NCBI GenBank assembly: GCA_964035545.1
Contig: OZ037769.1
Span: 16,212,633-16,276,632, forward strand
Reading direction: 5' to 3'
DNA: 64,000 nt
Source: Bugula neritina
Lineage: Eukaryota; Animalia; Bryozoa
This document shows positions 18,001-26,840 of the stretch, in pieces. How positions within the stretch are numbered: the stretch's first letter is position 1; each line of letters opens with the position of its first letter. Made by a program: the position numbers and the translations under genes. The notes beneath the pieces were generated by a model. That model made no database searches and was not told the origin of the DNA. It saw nothing but the letters and a program-made list of their open reading frames with translations.

Positions 18001-19435
18001 AAAATATTTCTATAATTCAAAATAGTATTCTTGTGTAGACGGAAAGACACCAAGGTGGTCATAATCATGAGAAACCTGAAAGATGCATTTGTCTCTTACT
18101 TTTACCACATAGTTGGTGTCAATAAGGGGAGAAAGGGATGGGAAGACGCTTTCAATTGGCTCTTACACTGCAAGGAAGGTGGAGTATTAGTGTGAGCTCA
18201 GTTTAAAAAGATATTATATGATATGATTTATGAACAAATAATATCACATTTTAAGTAATGGCTGAAGCTACAGGTACACCTAAAATTAACAATAGTCGTT
18301 ACATTTGTTTTGCCCTGAAACTGATTGAAATTTTAGCATCAAATAGTTAGAGGATATAAGCTCAAAAAGGTTTGATTGTGCAAGATCTAGGTGCATCACT
18401 GTTTTTTTCTTGGCATTATACTTTACAAGAATAGCTTAAGACAACTTGAGACACTGTAGTATTTTAGACACTAAAATTAAGAGTTATTTTTTTAGAATAT
18501 TGCACCATTTTTTCTAAACTTGTACGCCTCTAATTTTAGGTATACTCATGTCAGCTTTGTAGGTTGGTTTAATTTGGAGTCTCAACATTTTAGCTGTATT
18601 GAAATAGTCTACATAGTGTAATGTCTTGTCTTCCTAATCTACTCAACATGTATTCATAGCAACTTGGTCTGCAACTACTTCACTTTAAGTTGTTTTTAGA
18701 TTAAGTTAGAATCTCAACATTAAATGTATTTAAATTTTCTGTATATTTATCTTAATTTATCCAACATGTACCTACAGCTACTTGGTCCAACTATCTCATG
18801 ATGTATGCAGACATTTGGGACAATTATAGAGATGACCCAAATGTCCTCATTGTCTACTATGAACATCTAGTTCGAGTGAGTACACATATACTAACAGATA
18901 GTAGTAGGAGTTATCATACCTTGTATCATCAGCTCAGTGCTGCAGATATACTGTACCTGCGAATATAAAGCACTGTTAATATTATAAGATTAATTATGAT
19001 ATAGAAACCCAGAGAGAGCATAGAGTCAATAGCTAAACACATGGGAGTTGTGTACACCTCACAGTTGATAGACGAGATAGTGTCAGCCTCTAATATTGAG
19101 AGGATGCGACCTGGCAAGACTTCCCTTGACCTAAATATTAAAGTTGACCCTAAACTCTGCGAGAATTACCAGAAGTTCTATAGAAAAGGTCAGTACACTG
19201 CAATCTCAAGCCTTCATTGGTTGTTTAAAATTACAGTTGAATAGTCAACAATTTTTGCAAAGATTTCCTTTTCTTTGTAGTAATCTTAACTATGTTTTGA
19301 TTAAAGGAAATATAATTTATTGCAGGAAACATTGGAGATTGGAAAAGGTGGTTTTCAGTGGCACAGAATGAGGAATTCCATAAAGTTTTTGATGAGTGGA
19401 ACAAGAGCAGACAAATACCATTTATTTTTGAATGA
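15023..19435 (+). CDS. Cytosolic sulfotransferase (Sulfotransfer_1 family)
   Basis: Exons 15023-15116, 16989-17147, 17539-17719, 18039-~18178, 18778-18875, ~19005-19188, 19326-19435 (TGA). Motifs: 5'-PSB loop VMKTGSHF, PRVFTTHL, 3'-PB MRNLKDAFVSYFY, NVLIVYYEHL and the C-terminal FYRKGNIGDWKRWFSVAQNEEF. Confidence 0.9.
15630..16070 (+). repeat. Old interspersed repeat, copy 2
   Basis: Diverged direct copy of 14170-14640. Confidence 0.7.
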
Positions 19436-20055
19436 GCCTTTCATATATAAATATACTTGCTCTAATATATAATTGTATTATGTAAAACTACGAAACATAA
19501 TATTTTTATACAGAATTCTCACTAGCATGTGTGGTTTTACTGTTGTAAAGATTTGTCCTAACCCTTAGATATATATTATACTATGAGCTGAACTTGGTAT
19601 AGCAACTTCTCTTGCGTCAATTAAATAAAGTTTCAAAAGCTGAACAATTAATTGCAGTTCTTAGCCAGTGTGTCATCATAGTATATAGATAATGTACATG
19701 AGCATTTACATTTAAATCCATAATTGAAGTGTTTAGGTTGCAGTAGAATTGGAAATACTTTTTATATAATAACTTGATGTTTTCTAAAATATTGATATTT
19801 ATAATCTTCAACTATGTTTTACACTGAAAACGATACAAGAGTGAGTTGATAAGTTCCTAAAAGACCTACAAAATATTATTTTCATCTCAGCTTTCTAATA
19901 TATTAAACACACTTTTCAATATTTTTAATATTTGCATACTGAGAGCCAGTAGCTGTATTTCAACTTTACAAAATTTTCACTGGTTTTTTTTGGGTATTGA
20001 AAATAAAAGCACTGCACAGTTTACAAGGTCGGGCCAGAAAAATATAATTATATAT

Positions 20056-20408
20056 TGTAGTAATTTGTGCAATTACTGAGCGTGAGTTATTTACTTGCGT
20101 ATAGTTAGTTGGTTATTCTGCTAGTAATTACTAGGGTAGCTGTCGAGTAATTATATTTATTATCCACAATAAAGCATAAAACAAACATCACATCAAATTA
20201 TCCTATACATCAGTCAACTACTAACACATGTTACTACTTCAAGCCTCCGCTTACAACAACGTGATATAATGTTAATAACCCGGGAAGTGTCACGTGAATC
20301 GGAAGCATATCTTCCGGAGCTGCTAATTGGTTGCTACATAAGGGTCTAAGTATTCCAAGAGTAGAGAGAGGGCGATTCCCGTATTTGTACTTTGCACTAC
20401 TCACTACA
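20056..20408 (-). repeat. 3' LTR
   Basis: Identical to 24974-25326; AATAAA on the minus strand at about 20156-20161; G-rich PPT (GGGGGGGCGG) adjacent at about 20409-20419. Confidence 0.96.
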
Positions 20409-20699
20409 CCGCCCCCCCCAGCAGAAAACCCTACTTTCTGATAACACAATAAAAAAACACATAATGAAAAACTATACAATAATCCAAAAAGAAAAACATA
20501 CATAAGTAAACCCACAAAGAATAAGAAAAGAAATAGTTGAGTACGACACATTACATTAGAAGACAACAGGGTGATCGAACACACACATCTAGTCAGCTAT
20601 AAAGAGAGAGGGTGCTTACCAGCACGCGGGCCAATGTCGGAGCACTCGTCACTTTCCAGACGAGTTACAGCTCTACGAAGGTGCCTACCCCAGGCATTC

Positions 20700-21757
20700 T
20701 CATTGGGTGGACTCTGACTCTTGTAGCGATCGTGCTCTGTGTCGAGCCTGTCGGGCACGTAGCCGCCTCTTCAGTCGCCCCACTGAGTCCTTCAACTGGT
20801 ATAGACCTGTCGTCGTATCCAGCAAGTCAGGGGCAAGTTGTGTGAACTCGGCTTGTAGTCTTACAAGCCGCTCTTCTACATTAGCCAGCTGGCTAGGCCT
20901 TGGCGGGGTTGTAGTAGTCTCTGTTAGAGGGGGTATTGTTGTTTCTTCTACTTCTGGAGTGTTGCTAGGGTTGACGGGGGTGGGAGACGGGCCCTGAACC
21001 ATAGGGGACTTATGGCGGGCGGATAGCAGCAGTACGTGGAACCCTGACGCTAGTGCGGCCAGGGTGATAGCCTTCCTGATGACTGGCTTGATGGCATCCA
21101 GGTATAGGGGGAAACTGTCCTCATCAACAGTGTGGTTCTCTCCGGCGAAGCAGCTCAGCTTATGTACTGTCACGGGATACGGGTAGACGTCGTGGAACCC
21201 GCAGGGACAGAAGTGGAGTAGGAAATGGGCGTCTACATGTAAACGCAGGGAGCGGTGTGACGGGCACTCCTCAAAGCAGACCTGGCAGGTTCGGTGGGGT
21301 CCACTGGGTCCCCAGGCTTCCTCAATTCTCCTTTCCGTCGTGGGTGACACCCAACGGTGTCGTCGACGGAGCACCACGGGTATGCCATTCTCCATTACAG
21401 GCTCCTCTTCCATAGGCAGAGAGGTTGGCTGGTCCCGTGACCGGGAGGTGGTCACTCGAGTGTGATCTGAAAGAGTAGCAGTGTTAAAGATTATACACTG
21501 AGGTACCGTCGGCGTGTACAGCCTGACCGGTACTCTGTTCAGTTACACTCGTGAGATTCAGGCTAATGAATAGTTGATGGAGAACACACTCGCTATGACA
21601 GATTATTTAAAATCAAAGTCGACGTGTATTCCCACCACTGTTTATCATTATCGAATCTCCAGCTCGCTAGCTAGTGTAGCTAAAGCTGACTGATGCAGTC
21701 TAGTTATCGTACCAAAAACATAATTAACTCACCCTTCGATCCAGAATAGTAAGACAT
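20700..21757 (-). CDS. Spliced accessory ORF of the LTR element: C2H2-like zinc finger(s) plus C-terminal coiled coil (~263 aa)
   Basis: Exon 1 21757-21733 (ATGTCTTACTATTCTGGATCGAAGG|GTGAGT), 266-nt intron ending CTCTTTCAG, exon 2 21466-20700. The join is in frame: MSYYSGSKD-HTRVTTSR... Contains CQVCFEECPSHRSLRLHVDAH, CPCGFH...H...C and heptad-like LANVEERLVRLQAEF...LKDSVGRLKRRL. Confidence 0.7.
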
Positions 21758-21780
21758 TTTGGAATGAGAGCGGTAAATGA

Positions 21781-24039
21781 TTACTGTTTACTGGCACGTC
21801 TACTCTTGACTGCATCAACATAGGAAAAGACCGGACAGCGTGGTTGTGAAACGTGACTAGGGCTTTTCACTTCCAGCGGATGAATCTCGTGTGAGATTCC
21901 GCCGAGGCAAAAGTTGAGATTTTCGTGGTGATCACAACTCCCACGGCTCTTTGCCTGTTTTCCCATGCGAGGCCTCTCTAGACTTTCGTTACTGCCGCTT
22001 ATACCGCGGTCACGTACACAGTCTCTGAGACACGCTGGAAGTTGCCTAGTGCGTGGTCCTGGTCCTACGTTGGTATCTCCTTGCGGAGCCCCTCCCACGG
22101 GGGGTTTTTGCACTTCCGGACCCGTTTCTGGTTCCGGAAGTGGTGGTGATGGCAGGCTTGACGTTGGGGGCGGTGGGCGCACTTTCAAGGACGGAAGTGG
22201 CCTTTCTCGCCTCGCCAAGTCTTCCTGACGTGTCATGGAGGTGTTTCCGGCCAGGCTGACAGTCTCCGCCTGCCGAGACCTTCTCGCACAATGCGTCTGC
22301 CGCCCCGCTTCACCAGGGAGACGGCTATGCTTGTTGGTCTGGCAGACTTTGCACCGTCTCACTCTGCGCCGGATATCCCGCTCCATGTTGGGCCAGTACC
22401 ACCGGAGTTGTAGCTTGGTGACCACCCCTTGGACTCCTCCGTGAGTCTCCTCGTGGGTGTCTTGTATCAACTTCCGGCGGATGGCAACTGGGCAGACAAC
22501 CCTCTTCCTGGCTGGCTGTCTGCTGTTGGCGGCCAAGGTCATGGTCAGCAGACCATCTGGCCCGACCCGCAGAGAGCTCCAACGTTGACAGTACAGCCGT
22601 AACTCGGCGCATCCCTGTCGCCGTTGTTTACTACTGGGTCGTCGCCCTTCCTGTTTCGCTCGGTACACGTCGGCTACCACCCCAGGAAGGCTTTCCTGGA
22701 GCTTCGGCAGCTCCCTAACGTTACCAGCCCATACAGGTTTGGCGCGGAGGCTCTGGACAGCCTCCGGGGGCGTGTCAGCCCTCTGTTGGAGTAGCTGAGC
22801 AGGGGCGGTCCTCGCCGCCCGTGGTACCTCACGACAGCCTGCTCTATTTAGGCGGGCTCCGTGGTCTGTGTGGCGGAACGCCTCACTGTACCCATGTGGC
22901 AACCTAGCCATAGCCTGGCGCTTTCCGTTGCCTGTGCAGCCACGCGTCCCTGGAGGAGGGGAGGCGTGGGTTGGGACGGTCCTCCGCCCTCGAGACGGGC
23001 TCTGCTGAGGACCTTCCGTCGTAGCTCCCGACGACGGCCCAATGGCTTCCTCCTGGACAGGATGGAAGCGGCCCAGCATGGACCTGGGTGGTAGGTCTAC
23101 TGTCTCTGAGGAGGGGTTGACGCACTGCACTGAGATCTCTCCTTGTCCCGTAAGCCGGCTAAAGCTATGGGCAAGTTGGACTCTCGAGTGCGTACTTTCG
23201 ACAACTCCCAACTTAGAGGTTTGGCCACCGTCTACCTTGCAGCGGACGGTAGCCCGGGAGTGGCCTGGTATAGTACAGCTCCGTACTACCTGCACTGCTC
23301 CCGCTAGAGGACGACCAAACTTATCGACACAAGCGAGCTCTTTGTCGCCCATGATCATCGCAGATTTACTGAAATCGATGCGACATCCGTGTCGTTGTAA
23401 GAATGGCATCCCGAGGATGGCATCCTCGTTGAGCTGCCCGACGATAAACGTCTCTTGGATGGCCTGGTTACGGACGTAACCAGTTAGCTCAATAATGCCG
23501 TAGAAGGGAATGCACGACCCGTCTGCCAGGGTGCCATGATCCCCCTCATACGGTGCCAACCCGTCCTTGACCTTAGCGCTGAGGGTGTCAAAGAATTGAC
23601 GGCTAAGGAGGTTGGTGGTGCAGCCTGAGTCCAGGAGGAAGTTGGCAGGCTTGCCGGCTAGCTTTCCTGGTAGGAAGTAGCTACTTCCGTGTGGCTGCAG
23701 TTGTGTGTGCCGTGGTTGCACCTCCCTCGCTGTGGGTCGAGGGGTCCACGGTTGGCGGCGACTATTGACCAGCTGCCGAGGTTGGGGCGGTACGCCTTGT
23801 GGCGCCTGTACCGTTTCCCTCGCAGGCTCTGTGGTCAACCGTCTGCCGGCTCCGTGTTGGTGCTGGAGTGGCGTAGAGGACCCAGGCGGCGAGTGGCTTG
23901 AGCCTACTTGCCGCGGGGGTCGCCACTTCACAGCATCTCCGCGCGGCGCCCAGCGGGGCGACAGGCGCGCGGGCCTCCCTGGGTGATTCACAGACGGCCC
24001 GCAGGAGGTGGGAACATCTGCGGGCCGTGGTAGTTTAAC
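21781..24039 (-). CDS. pol: Truncated pol: aspartic protease plus integrase HHCC zinc-binding domain; no RT, RNase H or integrase core
   Basis: Uninterrupted ORF containing LLDSGCT and ILGMPFL (protease), and THEETHGG...WYWPNM...CKVCQ (HHCC). No YxDD, RNase H or DDE motifs are present. It lies in the -1 frame relative to gag. Confidence 0.88.
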   Translation of the reverse strand, partial: VKLPRPADVPTSCGPSVNHPGRPARLSPRWAPRGDAVKWRPPRQVGSSHSPPGSSTPLQHQHGAGRRLTTEPARETVQAPQGVPPQPRQLVNSRRQPWTPRPTAREVQPRHTQLQPHGSSYFLPGKLAGKPANFLLDSGCTTNLLSRQFFDTLSAKVKDGLAPYEGDHGTLADGSCIPFYGIIELTGYVRNQAIQETFIVGQLNEDAILGMPFLQRHGCRIDFSKSAMIMGDKELACVDKFGRPLAGAVQVVRSCTIPGHSRATVRCKVDGGQTSKLGVVESTHSRVQLAHSFSRLTGQGEISVQCVNPSSETVDLPPRSMLGRFHPVQEEAIGPSSGATTEGPQQSPSRGRRTVPTHASPPPGTRGCTGNGKRQAMARLPHGYSEAFRHTDHGARLNRAGCREVPRAARTAPAQLLQQRADTPPEAVQSLRAKPVWAGNVRELPKLQESLPGVVADVYRAKQEGRRPSSKQRRQGCAELRLYCQRWSSLRVGPDGLLTMTLAANSRQPARKRVVCPVAIRRKLIQDTHEETHGGVQGVVTKLQLRWYWPNMERDIRRRVRRCKVCQTNKHSRLPGEAGRQTHCARRSRQAETVSLAGNTSMTRQEDLARRERPLPSLKVRPPPPTSSLPSPPLPEPETGPEVQKPPVGGAPQGDTNVGPGPRTRQLPACLRDCVRDRGISGSNESLERPRMGKQAKSRGSCDHHENLNFCLGGISHEIHPLEVKSPSHVSQPRCPVFSYVDAVKSRRASKQ

Positions 24040-24938
24040 CCTTGTGGGAGCTGAGGGCAGTTCCTCTGGAAATGTCCTGGCCTTCCGCATTCCCAGCAGA
24101 AGTGGTGCCCCATGCCTGGTGATTGTACCTGCGGCCCGCAAGGCTCACGGGCAGTATCTACCTGGCTTGGGGAAGCTAATGTGGTGACCAGTTTATCTAG
24201 CATGTCAGTCATCTGTGCGACTTTTGACGCTAGTGACATCTGGTTCACATTAGCCACCGCGGAGGGTTCCGCGTTTGGTTCGGCGTGAGCAGTAGTGTGC
24301 TCCGTGGTCACCTGGCGGGAGGCCACGCGGTTGCGGTGCATATGAGTCGCCAAGAGGTAGGCTTCTCCCACCGCAAGTGCATCTTCGACCGTGGTGACTC
24401 CCCTCGCTTGGAGTTGATGGTGGAGCCCCAAGTCGTTGATGGACTGCACGAAGGCATCATAAGTATACCTCTCACGGTGTACTGGAGGCAGATCGCGGAA
24501 CGCGATCTGCGCTAGTGGGTACACCGTGGCAGCGTGCTCTTCTAGCGACGTGTGAGGATCACGCTGCATCCTTTGTAGACGGGCCCGCGCATCTATGGGG
24601 GAGATGCCAAAACGGGCCCGCAGAGAAGCATAGATTCCGTCTATGTCAGGTCCGGCTCCGTACGGCTTAGCTTTGCCCGTCAGCGCCATCCTGAGCTTGA
24701 GCAACGCCACCCTTGGCGGCCACTCCGCAATCTCCATCACATCTTGGAATTCTTGGATAAACTGCTCCACTGCTTCTTCGCCTGTGAAGGTGGGTGCCTT
24801 CAGCCGGTATCTGTCTTCACCATGCTCTCTAAGAATTCTCACTTCTTCATCTAACACCACTGGTTCCACAGGTATATCAACATTATCTCTCTCACCTTCA
24901 TTCAGTGGAATGGGTAGCTCCGTGCCGTCTTCTGCCAT
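23988..24938 (-). CDS. gag: Gag with CCHC zinc knuckle
   Basis: ATG at 24938 just after the PBS; capsid-like KAPTFTGEE..EQFIQEF..W..LTGKA; knuckle CWECGRPGHFQRNC. Confidence 0.92.
   Translation of the reverse strand: MAEDGTELPIPLNEGERDNVDIPVEPVVLDEEVRILREHGEDRYRLKAPTFTGEEAVEQFIQEFQDVMEIAEWPPRVALLKLRMALTGKAKPYGAGPDIDGIYASLRARFGISPIDARARLQRMQRDPHTSLEEHAATVYPLAQIAFRDLPPVHRERYTYDAFVQSINDLGLHHQLQARGVTTVEDALAVGEAYLLATHMHRNRVASRQVTTEHTTAHAEPNAEPSAVANVNQMSLASKVAQMTDMLDKLVTTLASPSQVDTAREPCGPQVQSPGMGHHFCWECGRPGHFQRNCPQLPQGLNYHGPQMFPPPAGRL
23994..24039 (-). promoter_or_regulatory. -1 programmed ribosomal frameshift signal
   Basis: Slippery G_UUA_AAC (24039-24033) in the gag frame, followed 4 nt later by a perfect 11-bp stem ACGGCCCGCAG / CTGCGGGCCGT with a 13-nt loop. 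Confidence 0.8.
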
Positions 24939-24954
24939 GACTGCTATACGCAAG

Positions 24955-24972
24955 ATCCCACCGCTGCCACCA
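24955..24972 (-). promoter_or_regulatory. Primer binding site, tRNA-Leu type
   Basis: TGGTGGCAGCGGTGGGAT one base inside the 5' LTR; complementary to the recalled tRNA-Leu 3' end ...AUCCCACCGCUGCCACCA. Confidence 0.85.
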
Positions 24973-24973
24973 C

Positions 24974-25326
24974 TGTAGTAATTTGTGCAATTACTGAGCG
25001 TGAGTTATTTACTTGCGTATAGTTAGTTGGTTATTCTGCTAGTAATTACTAGGGTAGCTGTCGAGTAATTATATTTATTATCCACAATAAAGCATAAAAC
25101 AAACATCACATCAAATTATCCTATACATCAGTCAACTACTAACACATGTTACTACTTCAAGCCTCCGCTTACAACAACGTGATATAATGTTAATAACCCG
25201 GGAAGTGTCACGTGAATCGGAAGCATATCTTCCGGAGCTGCTAATTGGTTGCTACATAAGGGTCTAAGTATTCCAAGAGTAGAGAGAGGGCGATTCCCGT
25301 ATTTGTACTTTGCACTACTCACTACA
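24974..25326 (-). repeat. 5' LTR
   Basis: Identical to 20056-20408. Confidence 0.96.
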
Positions 25327-25819
25327 ATATTGTGAGTGCTTTGAATAATTGTAGAACCACCCATTTCTTCTAAACACTTCCTAGCTAGATGTTTAAATAA
25401 TTTGCATAGACTTATGGCCTTAATTTTGGATCGTGCGCGTGTTTATGCGCGAATATTACGTTACATAATAATTATTACCACGTGATTGGTAGTTATCATC
25501 TGGGAATGCTGTCGGTGTAGAAAAAGCAATACGTTAATCGCTACAATTAACCTGCGCTATTCAAAATTAAGTAGTCATGCTCTGGAACAATCATTATCAA
25601 ATTCCTCATGGCAATGCATTACACACTGCGGCCTGCAGAATTCTGCTAAATATTGAACTTCAGGTACATAAATTGAATCTTCACAAATGGAATTTTTAGT
25701 TTTGATGAATCCAACTCGAAATAATTAGTTTTTTTTTTAAAATCCAGCATTTACTTGTGCTTAGAATTTGACTGAAACCGTTTTGCCAGTGCGGCCTTTG
25801 ACTTTGTTGATGTTATAAT

Positions 25820-26200
25820 CTCACAGTTTGAGTTTGACTTTGAATTGCTGTTAGTGTTAGTGTTACACTTACACTTACAGTCACACTGACACTTTCACTT
25901 TGACTTACAGTTACAACTATACAAGTTAGTAGTTAGTGTTACACTTACAGTTGCAGTTACTCTAACTCTTAGTCATAAGAGTAAGAGATAAAAGTAATTC
26001 AAGCTGTAAGTGTAACACTAACTGTAAGTCATACTCATAGTCATAGCATTAACCATAAAGTCATAGTGATAGTGAATAGTAATAGTGATAGTCGGTGATA
26101 TTGATGATCATACTCATACTGATTGAGTGGTACTGGTACCAGTAGACGTAGTAGTGATACCCAAGAGTCAATCTCATAGTCATACTCATATTCAATTTCA
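25820..26200. repeat. Degenerate hexamer-periodic array
   Basis: ttagtg/ttacac/ttacag/tcatag units in the probable 5'UTR intron of ABCB6 (candidate donor about 25664, acceptor 26829). Confidence 0.7.
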
Positions 26201-26840
26201 TAGTCACACCTTATTAAACTTGGAATAATATTAATTAAGCTGATAGGCTATTGTAATACTAATTGTTAAATTAAATGTCATTGTCACGAATTTATAACTT
26301 CCATGTGTCTTTGGGCTTATTCATATTTATACTGATCTTAGTAGTAATTCTTACAGTTTGAGTTACCCTTAACCTTATTAAGCCTTAGTCCTTATAGCTT
26401 ATTTTACATTATTCTTCACTTCCTGTGAGCTATATGCTATTGTAGTAACAATAATAGCTAGTCTACACTGCTGGTTATTTTCACATTTTATACTTGTCAA
26501 ACATTTAAAAATTATGAATGTACCAAAAATGATACTTGTAATACTAGCAGTATTGTAAATATAGTAGTAATTTTTATATTTTGTGTAAGTCTTACTCATA
26601 TTCATCAACATTAGTCTTTTAAATTTGTAGATAATGTGATTGTAGTACACTTATTTGAGCTATAGAATATCAGTTCAATTAGTACTGTTCTTGACCTTAT
26701 ATAGTGCCTTCTATATCCTAACATTTATTTTTCTCGCACACATATTTTTATGCTTGGTAGATTTGGCAAATCTCGGGCTTTTTAATGTAAAAGTGGCATC
26801 TTTTATCATTTAAGTATTTATAATTCTAGTCGATCAAGAA

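Larger units (their letters stand above)
20056..25326 (-). mobile_element. Young non-autonomous Ty3/Gypsy-type LTR retrotransposon (5271 bp)
   Basis: Two 353-bp LTRs, identical on read-through, with TGTAGT...ACTACA ends. 4-bp TSD ATAT at 20052-20055 and 25327-25330. PBS, PPT, gag and a truncated pol are present. The interior is GC-rich compared with the host. Confidence 0.96.

Noticed and set aside
20700-21455. Env interpretation of the third ORF
   Set aside because: No signal peptide, fusion-peptide pattern or C-terminal TM; it has zinc-finger and coiled-coil features instead
20612-24978. Plus-strand and alternate-frame ORFs inside the LTR element
   Set aside because: Shadow ORFs of GC-rich coding sequence with no recognisable motifs
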